DNA from: Nemertoderma westbladi
Taxonomy: Eukaryota > Animalia > Xenacoelomorpha
NCBI GenBank assembly: GCA_032718475.1
Contig: JAUCBJ010002429.1
Coordinates: 62,001 to 126,000 of the forward strand
Direction of reading: 5' to 3'
DNA: 64,000 bases
How positions within the stretch are numbered: the first letter of the stretch is position 1; every line of letters begins with the position of its first letter. A program made the translations under genes and the position numbers. Below the pieces are notes generated by a model, which was not told the DNA's origin, made no database searches, and saw only the letters and a list, made by a program, of their open reading frames with translations. Positions 1 to 13,328 of this stretch are shown piece by piece.

Positions 1-519
1 CGAGGGACTCCATACAATGAATTGGTCGAAACACTTATATGTTGGCCGGGGTTTTCTAATGCAGACTATGAAGAAGCCAGATCGGTTCTGATCGAGGTTC
101 TGGGATCCGACCGCGAAGTAAAAAAGTGGTTTGGTCAGAAACACACAGGTGATTTAAAGCGCCGTCGATAAGTCATCGACATTCTGGGTATTCTTGAAAC
201 GCCGGATTTCTGTGGCCTAGATCCAATGCCAAAATTCGTTGTGGAGGACTTTACCCGACTCCCTCCAGTGACCACCGCAGGTTCGATTCTAACAACCCTG
301 TCAGCGGATGTAAACTCCCTAAAGGAGCGCCTGGCGGTTCTCAAATCGCGACCGCCTCCTCTGCCTTCACGTGGGGCTGCTCCTGTTCCATCCCTGGTAT
401 GAATTACGCGGTGCCGGTATATGTACTGGTAAACAGGCCGAACCCGAGTAACCAGTCGGTTCCAGTTCAGCTTGTCGACCTCAGTAGGGAGGATGCTGCT
501 CACAACAAGGTAGCCAGCT

Positions 520-1170
520 GTGTGGCTAATCCACAGCTTGCGCATTCAGCTCAGGAATCAGACCACGACTCCGTCACTTTGGGCATCAGTTGTGGGTGCG
601 GCTTCGGCGCAACACCAGACGCTGCAAGGTGCCAGCCTCGTCGATGGGATGACAACAATTGGGAATCGAGGCCGTCCAGTAAAGGCTGTCAATAAATTGC
701 CCAATAGTAGCACCGGTAGTACAAGACAACCACGGCAGCCGCAAGTCGTTGGGACTGGCAACGGATTGGCCCAACACGACGGAGCGAGTTCGATCTGCAA
801 GTTGTACATATCCCATATCGACATGGAGGAGACAGCGGATAGGTTGGTTGCCTATATAAAGGGGACCTTCAAATACCAGGTCAAATGTGAAGAAGTTAAT
901 AATAAGAATACTATCTACAAATCATTTGTTATCACCTGCAAAGGCGCAGAAGCTGATGCAATTAAAGCAGAAGGCGCAGCCGCCTACTGGCCGCCACGTG
1001 TTCAAGTTCGTGACTGGTTCGAGCGGAGGGGATACTCGGGTCTGGGCATGGTGACACAGGCGCCGCTCGGACCTCCACAGCCACAGGGATCTCTACGAGG
1101 ATCGACGGAAAGTGAAACACAAAGCAATAATGATGGCGACAACAAAACATCTGAAACTGTCGTCGTATAA
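520..1170 (+). pseudogene. LINE ORF1 C-terminal part (RRM-like domain)
   Basis: CKLYISHIDMEETADRLVAYIK...YKSFVITC...YWPPRVQVRDW is the typical ORF1 end overlapping the ORF2 start; upstream part is frameshifted. Confidence 0.75.
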
Positions 1171-4071
1171 TGCAAACTCAATACGAACGGCAAAGAGTCA
1201 ATACGTGATGAATAAACTGTTTGAAGGTTTGGATATAATCTTTGTCCAGGAGCATCTTCTTCCCAAACAGGATATCCCCTTCTTAGATTTTCTTTCTAAG
1301 GACTTTGGTGTACGCGGAACCTCGCCGGTGGATCTCTCTAATGGTCCACTCCTTGGTAGACCCTATGGAGGACTTGCTGTGTTCTGGAAGAATGAACTGG
1401 TGAAATCGATCGAAGTAATCGACTCATCAGATCCTCGGTACCTCGCCATTAAGATATCCGATGAATTCGGAGATGATATAGTGCTAATTAATGTATACCT
1501 CCCTTATGAATGCCAAGGGAACTATGACGAGTACATCGAGTTTCTGGGTAAACTCCAAGCTCTTATCGACACACTTCCTTTTAGTAAAATTTTTATAAGC
1601 GTTTAAGCGTTTATAGGCGACCTTAATGCCGACCCGTCAAGGGCATTTTATACTTAATTAATGGATTGGTTCATTGAGAATGGATTTGAGGTTCTGGATA
1701 TATCATCATTGCCCTCCAACATGTTCACGTACGTAAACCCGCTGTACAAGTGCACTTCCTGGTTGGACCACTGCATTGCATCCCTGTTGCTGAAGCCATT
1801 AATTGGCGACATAACTGTTAGCTACGACGCGTCTTTTTCAGACCATATGCCAATTTCATTGGAACTGGATATTAAGTGCGACACTTCTACAGGTCCAGAA
1901 TGTGGGACCCACACAAATCCAACACATAAACCTATCTGGGAAAAGGCGTCCAGCGCTGACTTGGCGAACTACAACTGGGTTGCTGCTGAGAAAATCGCGG
2001 GAATTAACTTGGACGGGACTGTTTAAGTTGTAAAAACGCAACGTGTACGGTTCACCGGGATAACTTAGAACAATCTTATTTCGATGTAGTGTCGGCTCTA
2101 AGGGAGGCGGCGTCGGAGACGTTTCCATGTACCGGTAATGGTAAACAAACCAGCCCTCCATCGATACCGGGATGGAATGATTCAGTCAAGGATCTTTATC
2201 GTGAATCGCAAGAAGCCTTTCTACAGTGGAAAGAAGTGAACAGCCCCCACTCAGGCCCGCAGCACGATAACATGGTTCAGGCTAGGGCGCGTTTCAAGTC
2301 TGCGTTTAGGCGCTGCAAACGCGAGGAAGAATCTTTTCACTCAGACAAACACGTAGAAGCACTCGCGACTGGCGATACGTATACTTTTTGGGCGAATATT
2401 AAGCGAGAATCTCAGTACCATAGCTCACCCCCATCTTAGGTTGGAAGGGGCTGTTGGATTTGGTAATATAGTAATAGTAATATATTAGTAATTTTTTTTA
2501 ATTAGTAATATATTTACTTCGGTGCCTAGTAAAATGGGTATATTTGAAACAGATCCATTTATTGGCGACTTTTTTAGAATAACGTTTAGAGGGACGTTAC
2601 ACGTTAAGCAGGAGTTTGGTCAGCTAAACCACAAATTCAGTAGATTATTTTTTAATAATGAAATGATTTTTAATGTTGATGAAATATCAACTGCTACAAG
2701 GTTTTTAAAACAGCATAAGTCCACAGGTGATGACGGTATTTTTGCCGAACACATTGTTCATGGTCCTCAGGTTTTAGTTATATTTTTATCACTACTTTTC
2801 ACTTCATTTAACGTGCATGGTTTTTTACCTAAATGGATGATTTCCACAATTGTGGTTCCAATCGTGAAAGATAAGACTGGTGACAAATCTGATAATAATA
2901 ACTACAGGCCTGCTATTAGCACTACTTAGCTAGTATTATCAGTAAATTGTATGAAATCATAATACTATCTAGGATTGAACACTATTTATTTACAACTGAT
3001 TACCAATTTGGTTTTAAGCAAAAACTGGGTACCGAAACGTGTACATACTCCCTTAAGGAGGTTATTACTTACTATTTGCTTAATGGGTCTAATGTTTACG
3101 TAGCGTTTTTGGACGCCACTAAGGCATTCAACACCGTTGATTTGACTATTCTTTTTACCCGCCTTTTTGAACGCGGCATTCCGTTGTTTATACTTAGAGT
3201 TCTTTTGTTCTGGTATCAAAATCAGGTTATGTTCGTTAGATGGGATGGTGCTTTTTCGAAACAGTTTAATCGAACAAACGGCGTATTGCAAGGCAGTATT
3301 TTGTCACCAAAATTATTTACTGTTTTCATTGATGGGTTTAGTAGAGAGTTAGCTAATTCGGAGTTAGGCTGCCATATTGATATTTGTTTGAATCATTTGC
3401 TTTATGCTGACGATCTTAGCTTGATGAGTACATCGCCAGTTGCACTTCAGCAGTTATTAGATATTTGTGTAAATTTTGCAAACCGTAATAACATTAAGTT
3501 CAATCCTAAGAAGTCTAAATGTATAATTAAGTATAGTGGTTATAGGAAACATTCTAGAACATGTACGAATTTCACATTAGGCGGTAAAAAACTTGAAATA
3601 GTGAACAAGTTTAAATATTTGGGGTATTATATCACATCAGATTTTTCTCATGACGTAGATATTAAAGCCCAAACCAGGTCACTGTATTCACGTGCTAATA
3701 TTATAATTCGTAAATTTAATAAGTGCAGTAAATCGGTTGAACTTAAACTGTTCAATAGCTACTGTTGTAATATTTATTGCAATGCATTATGGGCCGATGT
3801 TTACTACAGTCAACAAATATTTAATAGCCTCAGGGTGGCCTTAACTAAATCTGTTAGGAAACTGTTTGGATATAGCAGCTATTGTAGTGCTAGTGAAATG
3901 CTAGTCACTCTAGGAATACGATCGGTTGTCCATACACCGTTTTGCTTTACACCGTTTATTCTCACGAGTATCCACATCAACGAACGTCGTTATTCGTGCT
4001 GTCCGAGATAACTGTTTGTCTCAATCTGAGATGTTTAAGTCGTATCGCCGTTTACAGGTAGAGCCGAATTA
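1112..4071 (+). pseudogene. LINE ORF2 (APE endonuclease + reverse transcriptase), several stops and frameshifts
   Basis: APE: SYNANS, FVQEH, GRPYGGLA, INVYLP, GDLNAD, SWLDH, SDHMPI. RT: NNYRP, QFGF, FLDATKAF, GVLQGSILSPKLF, YADD, FKYLG. Confidence 0.93.
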
Positions 4072-4399
4072 ATTTAATTATATTTTATTAGTTATATATA
4101 TTTATCATGCTATAGTAATAAATTCTGACATATTTTTATATTTTTATATTAATATAATTATTTATTGTGCACGTATATTTTAATATGTTCAACTGTGAAT
4201 GAAATAAAATTGATATTATTATTATTATTATAAACCAGTACAATTTTATAAATATTTTATTTATGTCTGTATATTAATATTTTATCATTAAAACAAGTTT
4301 CTTATTAATTATTTCTTACATCTCATAACACTTATATCAATGATTTGCATTATGAATTATAGGCCATGCAGCCATAAGTGCAAAATTACTAATAATTTG

Positions 4400-7300
4400 G
4401 TTAGTCATGGTTAGTCAGGTCAGGTCTCCAGATCCTGCTACCACTATGGCAGTAATGTGGTACTACCTGTAGCTGTCAGCCCAGTAGGGCAGGCCCGATA
4501 AGCATAGCCTACTCATTAATTAGTTGATCAAGAGTGGGTTGGTTTAGCCCCGTCAACTAAATAAGTAAGGGCTATAGATGAGGCTAAATCCTCATCGAGT
4601 AAGGGCTAAATAAGGGCTATAGCGCCTAGGGCACCATTGAAGGCAAAGGCTTGAGTACGCATCTGCAATAGAGATGATACACGCCCCGCTCTGTCTATAC
4701 TGGATGCTCCTCTACCAGTGTTAGGTAACCTAACCCAGGAGGCACACTTGGTTCAAGGTGTAACAAATAGACCCCTACAGTCGGCAGCAGGGCTGTAGGC
4801 CATGGATAGGCGGAAGGTAATCAACCAACGGCTAGACATGCTGACAAGGTCAGCGGAAGGTAATCAACCAACAGCGACCTACTGCAAAGACGCTTGTAGG
4901 AGTTGCGACCACAAGTGGTTTACTCTCGCAACTGAAAGATATGAGCATGAGAAGCCTCCAGGAGAAATACCGGCTCGGTCGTCGCCTGGGTCAACAAGGA
5001 CCGCGTCCCTCAGTGGTACACCAGGCTGGGGTCGATAAATCGGCTACTGGAACAGAAGAAAGAGAAGAAAGAAGAACCAACCTGCTGGAATGTAAAAAGA
5101 CACTAAAGATTGCTGCAATGAACACATGCACACTGAAAGCACATAACAAACAGGGTGACATGGTCGCTCTAGCAATGGAATATAACATCGACATCATCTG
5201 CATCCAAGAACATCGGATTTGTCATGAAGACACTGCCATGAAGTACAATGACATTGGAAACGGATGGACGTTAGTAACAAGCTCAGCAGTAAGAAACTTG
5301 GCCAATGCATCAATTGGAGGAGTAGGAATTCTGCTAAGTCCATTTGCACTTAAGACCCTAAACAACATCGAATGTATAATTTCCAGGGTTATGATAGCAA
5401 CATTTGAGGGGAATCCCAATACAACAGTAATATGTTGCTACAGTCCAACCAATGCCTCAGCGCCAGAACAAGCAGTCAAGTTTTATGAAGATCTGACTGG
5501 ACTTATAAAGCACATACCGAACTACTACTACTAGGATCGGCATGGTGCATTGCAGCTGCATTTTTAAGAATGCTGTGCCGGCTTGTCAACAAAATTGCAC
5601 CGCCACAACTCCCTATCACCCATGACATTTGCATACGCATCTTTAAGGCCAGTGTCCTTTAAGATGCGTCTCAAGACTGTCATGGGCTGTCCACCATGCT
5701 TATTCACTCCATGAGGCTGCCAAAGTACAAGATTATGCACTGGCTGGTCCTCACGGCGAAAGCAATGTCCTGCAAAGCGGAGGCGATTTTGTTCTAGTGT
5801 CAAGCTTGGGGGAACCAATGAGACACCTCCAATGTTATATAGTGTCTGGTTGGAGATGTGTGCATTGTACTTGACACAATGAACCCAGCGTAGCATTCTT
5901 GTGAATGTGCCATCCAGAGACTTTGTGTCCTCAGCAGTTAGAGCCCAGCATGGACTCCCGTAGAGGAGTACTGGAACTACTGCTACTCTAAATAATCGGA
6001 CCTTAAGTTTCCGATTAATTCTCGGTGACTTCCAAATCCTGGAAAGTCTATTCAAGGCTGCCCATTCCTTTCCCTTACGTATTCGAAGTTCCTCACCTGA
6101 CTTCCGGATCCATGATCCCAGGTAACAGAAGTCGTCCACATGCTCAAGCATACCATCCTTTGAGCTTATGCTCATCCGATCAGAGACTTGCTGAGGACTT
6201 TCAAAGTTAACTGTCAGTTATTACATACCGAAACACAATGTTAAAGTCATTGCTGGTGACCTGAATGCTCAAATTGGCCCAGAAGACATCAATGGTTACA
6301 CATATAACACCCGTTCTAATAGAAATTGGTACTTACTTTTAGACCTAATGGAAGAATGTGAATTGATACCGACAAACACCACATTCGAAAAGAGTAAGGG
6401 GAAGCTATGGACCTTTCAATACCCTAATGGAACCAAAGCACAACTGGATTACATCCTTTTAAACAAAAAGTGGAGAAACAGCATGATCAACTGCGAGGCA
6501 TACAGCTCGTTCAACCTAATTTGTTCTGACCACAGAATTGTGACTGCAGAGATCAGACTCAGTTTGATAGCCAGCAAACCCAGGACAAGCATGCAAATCA
6601 ACTATGACTGGGAGAAACTCAGAACTGACAATGCAGTAAAGTAGAAAGTAAAGTAAAGTAGAAGTTCAAAACCGCTTTGAAGCACTTCAGTCAATGGATG
6701 AAGACCAGTCCACCGATTCAATATTCCAGAATATAATAAAAGCCCACAATGAATCAGCTAAGAGGCATATCCCCCAGGAACCCAAACGAAAACAGTATGT
6801 GCCATGGCAAAACTCTGAGGATACTTGTAAGAGAGAAGATAAGATAAAATTGAAGCAATTACAACTGCTCACATACAGCAACAATCAAGACTTACCTGGC
6901 AAACTGTAAATGAGGTATCTGGTCGGAAAAGTTGTGCAAAGGGGCGCCTCAAAGCCGATAGTCCCAAAGAACATGTGGGGAAGTGGAAAAATCACTTCAG
7001 CAACTTGCTTGGGCTGCCACCAAACATCGAGGTACAAGGAAAATATTTGACAAGACACTACCTATAGAGACAGGGGACTTCACACCTGCCGAACTCCAAA
7101 GAAGAATTAAAAGCATGTCCAATCATAAAGCAAGTGGATTAAATGAAATCCCAGCGGAGGTATGGAAAACAGGAGTGCTAAACAAACCATTATTGAATGT
7201 TTGCAACCGGATGTTAAAATGGGAAAAGCCTCCATCAATTTGGACTAAAGGTCATCTAAAGCCTCTCCCTTAGAAAGGAGACCTCGGTATACCAAACAAA

Positions 7301-7490
7301 CTATCGTGGGATCTGTCTGCTTGTTGTAGCTGCCAAAATATACAATGAAATGATTCTAAATAGGATTAGGCCTCACATAGAGAAACTACTGCGTAAGAGC
7401 CAAAACGGATTTCAACCAAGTAGATCAACAATAGCTCAGATACTTGCACTACGGAGACTGATTGAAGGAATTAAGTCAAAGAATCTCCGG
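4400..7490 (+). mobile_element. Decayed RTE-clade LINE (APE + N-terminal RT), 3'-truncated, interrupted by an antisense RTE fragment
   Basis: AMNTCTL, ICIQEHR, GGVGILL, CYSPT, GDLNAQIG, QLDYIL, SDHRIV, KASGLNEIPAEVWK, NYRGI, QNGFQPSRST. 5' boundary approximate. Confidence 0.88.
5522..6222 (-). mobile_element. 5'-truncated RTE LINE copy inserted antisense, with 10-bp TSD ACATACCGAA
   Basis: ORF 5564-6175(-) has VDDFCYLGS, LLYGS..W, RLRFAGHCFRR. (TAG)n tail at 5522-5533. TSD at 5512-5521 and 6223-6232; removing the insert restores KHIPKHNVKVIAGDLNAQ. Confidence 0.92.
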
Positions 7491-7809
7491 TACTGCAGTA
7501 CTGCGGTTATGCGTTACTGCAGTTGGAGTACTCAATCCAGTACTGTAATACAGTAATGCCCATGTACAGTACTGCAGTTAACATAAGTCCTGAAATCCCA
7601 GCTCAAGTAATTCCCCCTCACCCTCTATCTGAGTCTATGACTATTATATTATAATAACAACAAAAGTTGTTGTGCAGTGGCTATAAATGACAAAAATGAA
7701 AACAACATCATTAGTAAAATGGGATTTCTTAAACAATTTTGAATTCCAAATGATCATCTAAAGAGGTTGAAATTTTGAAAGAAGTATGTTGGGAATTTTC
7801 GGATATATT

Positions 7810-8170
7810 TGCAAAGGATTCTTCAGATTTAGGACATCATGTTGAAGCTAATGGAAAAATAGCAAACTAATGATCCGATATATATTAGATCATATAGAAA
7901 GAGCCCAGCCGAGACCAAGGAAATGCTGGAACATGTGAATAAAATGCTGAAAATGGATGTCATAGAGCACAGTAGTTCTCCTCTCCCTGGGCATTTCCTT
8001 GCCTTTTAGTAAATCGTCCGAATGGAGGTGAAAAACTTTTCGCTGTTAATTATAAAAAGTTAAATGATATTAGTATACGTGACCAATTTCCATTACCTCG
8101 AATTGATGATATCCTTGATGAGTTAGCTAATGCCAATATGATTTCTACCTTAGATTTACAATCTGCATCC
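7810..8170 (+). pseudogene. Ty3/Gypsy reverse transcriptase fragment
   Basis: Translates across frameshifts to KMLKMDVIEHSSSP..WAFP and FAVNYKKLNDISIRDQFPLPRIDDILDELANANMISTLDL. Confidence 0.85.
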
Positions 8171-9192
8171 TGATCCTGTACCAGCTGATTTACAGCCTCA
8201 GTACGAACCGTTTGCCTCCTTGGAGGCAAACACACATGTAAGTTAGTCGCACATAGCCAAGTTAGTAGCCACTTCTTCATCAGTTGTAGCGAAAGCTAAA
8301 AAGGAGGACGTTTACGACCAATTAAGTTCTGAACAACATAATTTGGTTATACTAACAACCGAAAAAGATGTGTCTGTGTGGTTAAACACCAAACCACTCA
8401 CACTGCACGACACTCACCTATCCAAAGGAGAGTTTAGGGATGCTGTTTGTCTCTGCTATGGTTGGTCACCAAAGAACTTTCCATCTCATTGTGTTTGTGG
8501 GTCCCGATTTTCTGCAACACACATTCTGTCGTGTCCCACTGGAGGTTTCCCCTCCATCTAGTCCATCAGACACAATGAGACTGCAATTTCGTCGCCGACA
8601 CCCTAACCGAGGAGGCCCACAATGTGGCAGTCGAGCCGAAGCTCCAACCGCTAACGAGGGAGTCCTTCTCCCTCCGCTCCACCTCGACTGACCAGCTGGC
8701 GTGTCTCAATGTGTTGGTGAGCGGATTCTGGGGCAATCGCAACCAGAAAATGTTCATCAAAGTGTCAGTGTTCAACCCGTTGGTGGACAACAACGCGGTT
8801 ATGTCGATTGACACCACTCATCGAACCATGAGGCGAGAAAGTGCTGGAAATACAAGGAGAGATTACGCGAGGTGGAACACTCCATGTTCACTCCCTTATA
8901 TTATCTGCGTTCGGCGGAATGGCACCAGCTGCCCACCAATTTATCAAACGACTGGCAGTGAAGTCGTCCGACAAACAGCAGGTTCCCTATCCGGAGTGCG
9001 TCTCATGGATATGTCAGCGAATCAGATTCTCCCTCCTCAGGTCATCCTTAATGTGTTTGCGCGGGAACCGTTCAGCTGCTAGGCAACTGGTGCTGGAGGC
9101 AGTCACCGACTCATCGATCCGGTTGGCTAACATGGACTCAGACCTTGGGGTGTTGGCGCAGTTCGGGTTCGGCAGTGGGGTAGTACAGTAGT
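8170..9192 (+). mobile_element. CRE-clade non-LTR retrotransposon 3' fragment (zinc knuckle + restriction-like endonuclease)
   Basis: SVWLNTKP, LSKGEFRDAVCLCYG, CVCG...H..SCPTGG..RHN, VEPKLQPL, GFWG....MF..V.VFNP, LILSAFGGM. Confidence 0.85.
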
Positions 9193-9685
9193 ATGCTCCA
9201 TACACCTTAGAGACTGTTTCTGTATGACAGGATTTCATTTTAAATTTCCCTCTTACATTTGTTGCCTTGTAATGTCAGCGGGTGGTGGGTATTGTTTAAC
9301 ATTATCTGAATTTTGTAAAGTTTTTATTAACTATTTAAATAAATGAGACTTATGAGGTTATTTAAAAAAAAAGAATTTCGCTAAAGAAAATGAGTAGCAA
9401 AGGGTACGTACAAAAATCGGAAACATCGAAACACCTACATTTATCAAGAATGAGGCAGAAACCCATAGTTCGCTATTTTTTTTCAGCGAAAATTCAAAAT
9501 TAAACATTTTAATTAACTACATTCTGTATTATACTCGCAGATAAGTTGCCAATCCCTTAAATTGGTTTTGAGTACAATATTATTGATTTTTAGGGCCTGG
9601 ATAGATGAAAATGATGACGATACTCTTTATGAAATATCTCAGTTGACAAGAGATGCGACAGGATTGGATACTAAACGAAGTGAAC

Positions 9686-9788
9686 TGTACCAGGTTAGAC
9701 GTTAGAGATACCGTACAATGAATTGTACCAGGTTAGACGTTGGAGATACCGTACAATGAATTGTACCAGGTTAGACGTTGGAGATACC
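9686..9788. repeat. 38-bp tandem repeat, ~2.7 copies
   Basis: TGTACCAGGTTAGACGTTRGAGATACCGTACAATGAAT starts at 9686, 9724 and 9762. Confidence 0.9.
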
Positions 9789-9789
9789 A

Positions 9790-11245
9790 TATCCCAAATA
9801 TGTTGTTTGTGTCCCATATTAGGTGTTTGTGTCCCAGGGTGTTTGTGTCCCATATAGCGTGTGACTTTCTCAAAATGATTTTAAATAGTTTCTAAATCTC
9901 ATGGAATACTCAAAAGAATATAGAATTCACTACCATAGCTTTTTTTTCAATTTGTCCGAAATAGGTTGTTTTTGTCCCATATAGGGTGTTTGTGTGCAAA
10001 ATAGTGTGTGACTTTCTCAAAAGGATTTTACATAGTTTATAAATATAATGGAACACACAAAAGAAAATATAATTCACTACTATAGCTTTAATTTCAATTT
10101 GTCCCAAATAGGTTGTTTTTGTCCCATATAGGGTGTTTGTGTCACGTATAGGGTGTGAATTGCTTATAATGATTTCAAATATTTTCTAAATGTAATGGAA
10201 TACTCAAAAGAATATAGAATTCACTATCATAGCTTTAATTCAAATTTGTTGTCCCAAATAGGTAGTTTAAGTCCCATATAGGGTGTTTGTGTCCCATATA
10301 GGGTGTTTGTGCCCCGTATAGGGTGTGTATTGCTTATAATGATTTCAAATAGTTTCTAAATGTAATGAAATACTCAAAAGAATATAGAATTCACTATCAG
10401 AGCGTTAATTTAAATTTGTCCCAAATATGTTGTTTGTGTCCCATATTAGGTGTTTGTGTCCCATATAGCGTGTGACTTTCTCAAAATGATTTTAAATAGT
10501 TTCTAAATCTCATGGAATACTCAAAAGAATATAGAATTCACTACCATAGCTTTTTTTTCAATTTGTCCGAAATAGGTTGTTTTTGTCCCATATAGGGTGT
10601 TTGTGTGCAAAATAGTGTGTGACTTTCTCAAAAGGATTTTACATAGTTTATAAATATAATGGAACACACAAAAGAAAATATAATTCACTATCATAGCTTT
10701 AATTTAATTTTGTCACAAATAGGTTGTTTATGTCCCATATAGGGTGTTTGTGTCCCATATAGGGTGTTTGTGTCCCAAATAGCGTGTGACTTTCTCAAAA
10801 TGATTTTACATAGTTTAGAAAGGGAAAAATATTCTTTTTTTTATTCCATTATATTTATAAACTATGTAAAATCATTTTGAGAAAGTCATACGCTATTTGG
10901 CACACAAACACCCTATATTGGACAAAAACAACCTATTTGGGACAAATTTAATTTAGCTATGATAGTGAATTATATTTTCTTTTGAGTATTCCATTATATT
11001 TATAAACTATGTAAAATCATTTTGAGAAAGTCATACGCTATTTGGCACAAAAACACCCTATATGGGACAAAAACAACCTGTTTCGGACAAATTTAAATTA
11101 AAGTTATGATAGTGAATTATATTTTCTTTTGAGTATTCCATTATATTTATAAACTATGTAAAATCATTTTGAGAAATTCACACGCAATTTTGGACACAAA
11201 CACCCTATATGGGACACAAACACCCTATATGGGACATAAACAACC
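9790..11245. repeat. ~150-bp satellite array that switches orientation at ~10820
   Basis: Units contain TGTCCCATATAGGGTGTTTG...GACTTTCTCAAAATGATTTT...GAATTCACTA; after ~10825 the same unit is reverse-complemented. Confidence 0.9.
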
Positions 11246-11249
11246 ATAA

Positions 11250-11495
11250 ACAATCGGATGCATTCTACCCTGGAGAGTTTACTGACGACGACGAATGCTG
11301 TAACCATGTTAGTGTCTATGAAGCCTTTACCTATGAGGAACCCGTATCAGAAGATTGTCTCATAAGTGAGAACAATCCCAACACCCGGTCATTTCAGGAT
11401 GCCGGAGTCAGAGAGTTTCCGGTTCTCCAAGTCCGGCTCCACGCGGGAAGTAGCAGCGTCGTGGTAAATGCCTTAATGGACACAGGAAGTGGAAG
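11250..11495 (+). pseudogene. BEL/Pao protease-region fragment related to element A
   Basis: AFYPGEFTDDDE...GVREFPVLQVRLH...VVNALMDTGS aligns to A's GFYTDEFSDENE...GIREFPVVQVRVH...VVNALLDSGS. Confidence 0.85.
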
Positions 11496-12306
11496 GTACA
11501 CTAGCGCAAATACCGTTTAGTGTTTCAGACTAGGCTTTTTACTCGCATTCCTACATGGTTTATCAAATAATCGTAAAAAGTCAAAATATATAAAAATACA
11601 GATTAAAAACGTCTTTTTTGTCAAATGCGCTAACAATTGTGCATCTGCTAGCGTATTAGAAATTAGGGCTAGATCAGCCCCAAGTCGGTGTATCCGTATG
11701 TATGAGCCGGATATCTGCTGCCTCTACGTTCTTGCAATGTGATTACTATGAACGATTACTAGTCTGGTTCCAAATCCTGAAAATACGCCTAGAAAGTGAT
11801 GGCGAAAGCAAATTCGGGTAATGGCTGGCATCCAACGGTTTTAAGCTAAATCGAGTGTGCTGATTCCGAATCCGTCTGATGCGAAGATCCATTGTGAATT
11901 TTTGGGTCCCGTTTCACCATGGCAACAGGAGGTCATTTGCAAAACACCACTTTCTATAGACTCTACGAATTCTAACCTTGACCTACCCCCCCTCCCCAAA
12001 ACCGGCATCAGAGAATCAATTGAGGTGCATTTTAAAACCCAGTTACCATGGCAACTGTTTGATATACATCTTCAAATGTCGTTTTTACTGCAAATTTAGG
12101 TGAATTTTTGCAAATTCAATAGTTTTCTAAACCATTGCCAAATACGTGTTCCCTTTGGGCTAAAATCATGAAACATTCCAAATATATTTTAAATGGATGG
12201 TGGCGCCATAAAAATGGATTAGCAGTTGCCATGTATCCATGGAATCTAGCAAAAAATTACCTTGTGCAATGTTTTATCACTTTACATATAGTTACTATCA
12301 GTTTAA

Positions 12307-13180
12307 GGGGGGGGTATACCCCCCCTCAGGTAAAATTTTCAAATTGTTGTTTCTTTATTTCACCTAGAGCAGAATTTAATGAGGATTACAAATCTGAAAA
12401 CCGCTTAGTGAGACCTCTTTCAGTTCTCGAGTTATCACTGTTTTTCCGTATGACGGTCTGTCCGTCAAATTGTAAGAAAGACAGAAGACCGACAGTCAGA
12501 CAGATAAACTAGATTCCACCAAAAATTAAAACTGACATCGGAAATGAAATCAGCGACCCCGAAAACCCCCGTAATGAACATTTTAGCTCGTTGGTGTGCA
12601 TCATTCGTGCCAGAAATAATTAACCAACCAGAACGCAGACAGCCAGTTTTGGCGGGACGGTTTAAACTTTGAAGGGCATTTTCTCGGAATGACATTTTTC
12701 ATTTTCAAATTACTACTCCTCCGTTATTTTTCAACCAATTTTCTTCATTTATGGCTCATTCGAACGAGCTTTGGAAGCTCTTTAAAAGTTATCTTATGGA
12801 ATTTTGATAAATATTACCATTTTTTATAATTAGCCAATTTTAATTAAAAATATGATAATTAATTAATTAAATTAATTAATTAAAATAAAAATGGCTAATT
12901 AAAAATTCTATAAGATAACTTTTATAGAGTCGATCACGCTGAGTCCAAAAAAGTTGGTTTCAAGAAATTTGGATCAAAATTGAGGGACTAGTAGCAATTT
13001 TAGTGAAATCTTTAATTCCGCCGCCAGCCGCTAGGGGGAGGCTACAAATTTTCAAATTTTACTATAAAAGCTATTTGGCCTTCCATACAGTTGTTGACCA
13101 TGACAAAATAGCAATATTATCATTTAACACTATTTGACAGCTATTTTAAAAAAAGGTTCATGGGGGGGTATACCCCCCCC
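12307..13180. mobile_element. Non-autonomous DNA transposon with TTAA TSD (Kolobok-like MITE)
   Basis: Termini GGGGGGGGTATACCCCCCC...GGGGGGGTATACCCCCCCC flanked by TTAA (12303-12306, 13181-13184). An empty-site paralog lies inverted at ~47085-47207. Confidence 0.85.
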
Positions 13181-13328
13181 TTAAAAATAAATCCATTTAG
13201 GGTCAATTACCTTACATGTTCATAATCCAAGACAACTACTTACCGACGCAGCAGGTCTTTTCTTATTACCATAGTAATGGGAAACATTTTGTTATATGTA
13301 GAATATCCGTCAGAAACATTCAATTAAC

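Larger units (their letters stand above)
1..4230 (+). mobile_element. Decayed non-LTR retrotransposon (RTE-X-like LINE); 5' end runs off the window
   Basis: ORF1 remnants (PKFVVEDFTRLPP; RRM-like KLYISHI...YKSFVI...YWPPRVQVRDW). Broken ORF2 with APE and RT. 3' end has AATAAA then a (TAT)n tail at ~4203-4230. Confidence 0.9.

Noticed and set aside
4600-4780. HDV-like ribozyme in the RTE 5' UTR
   Set aside because: Plausible for the clade, but I could not build the nested pseudoknot by eye.
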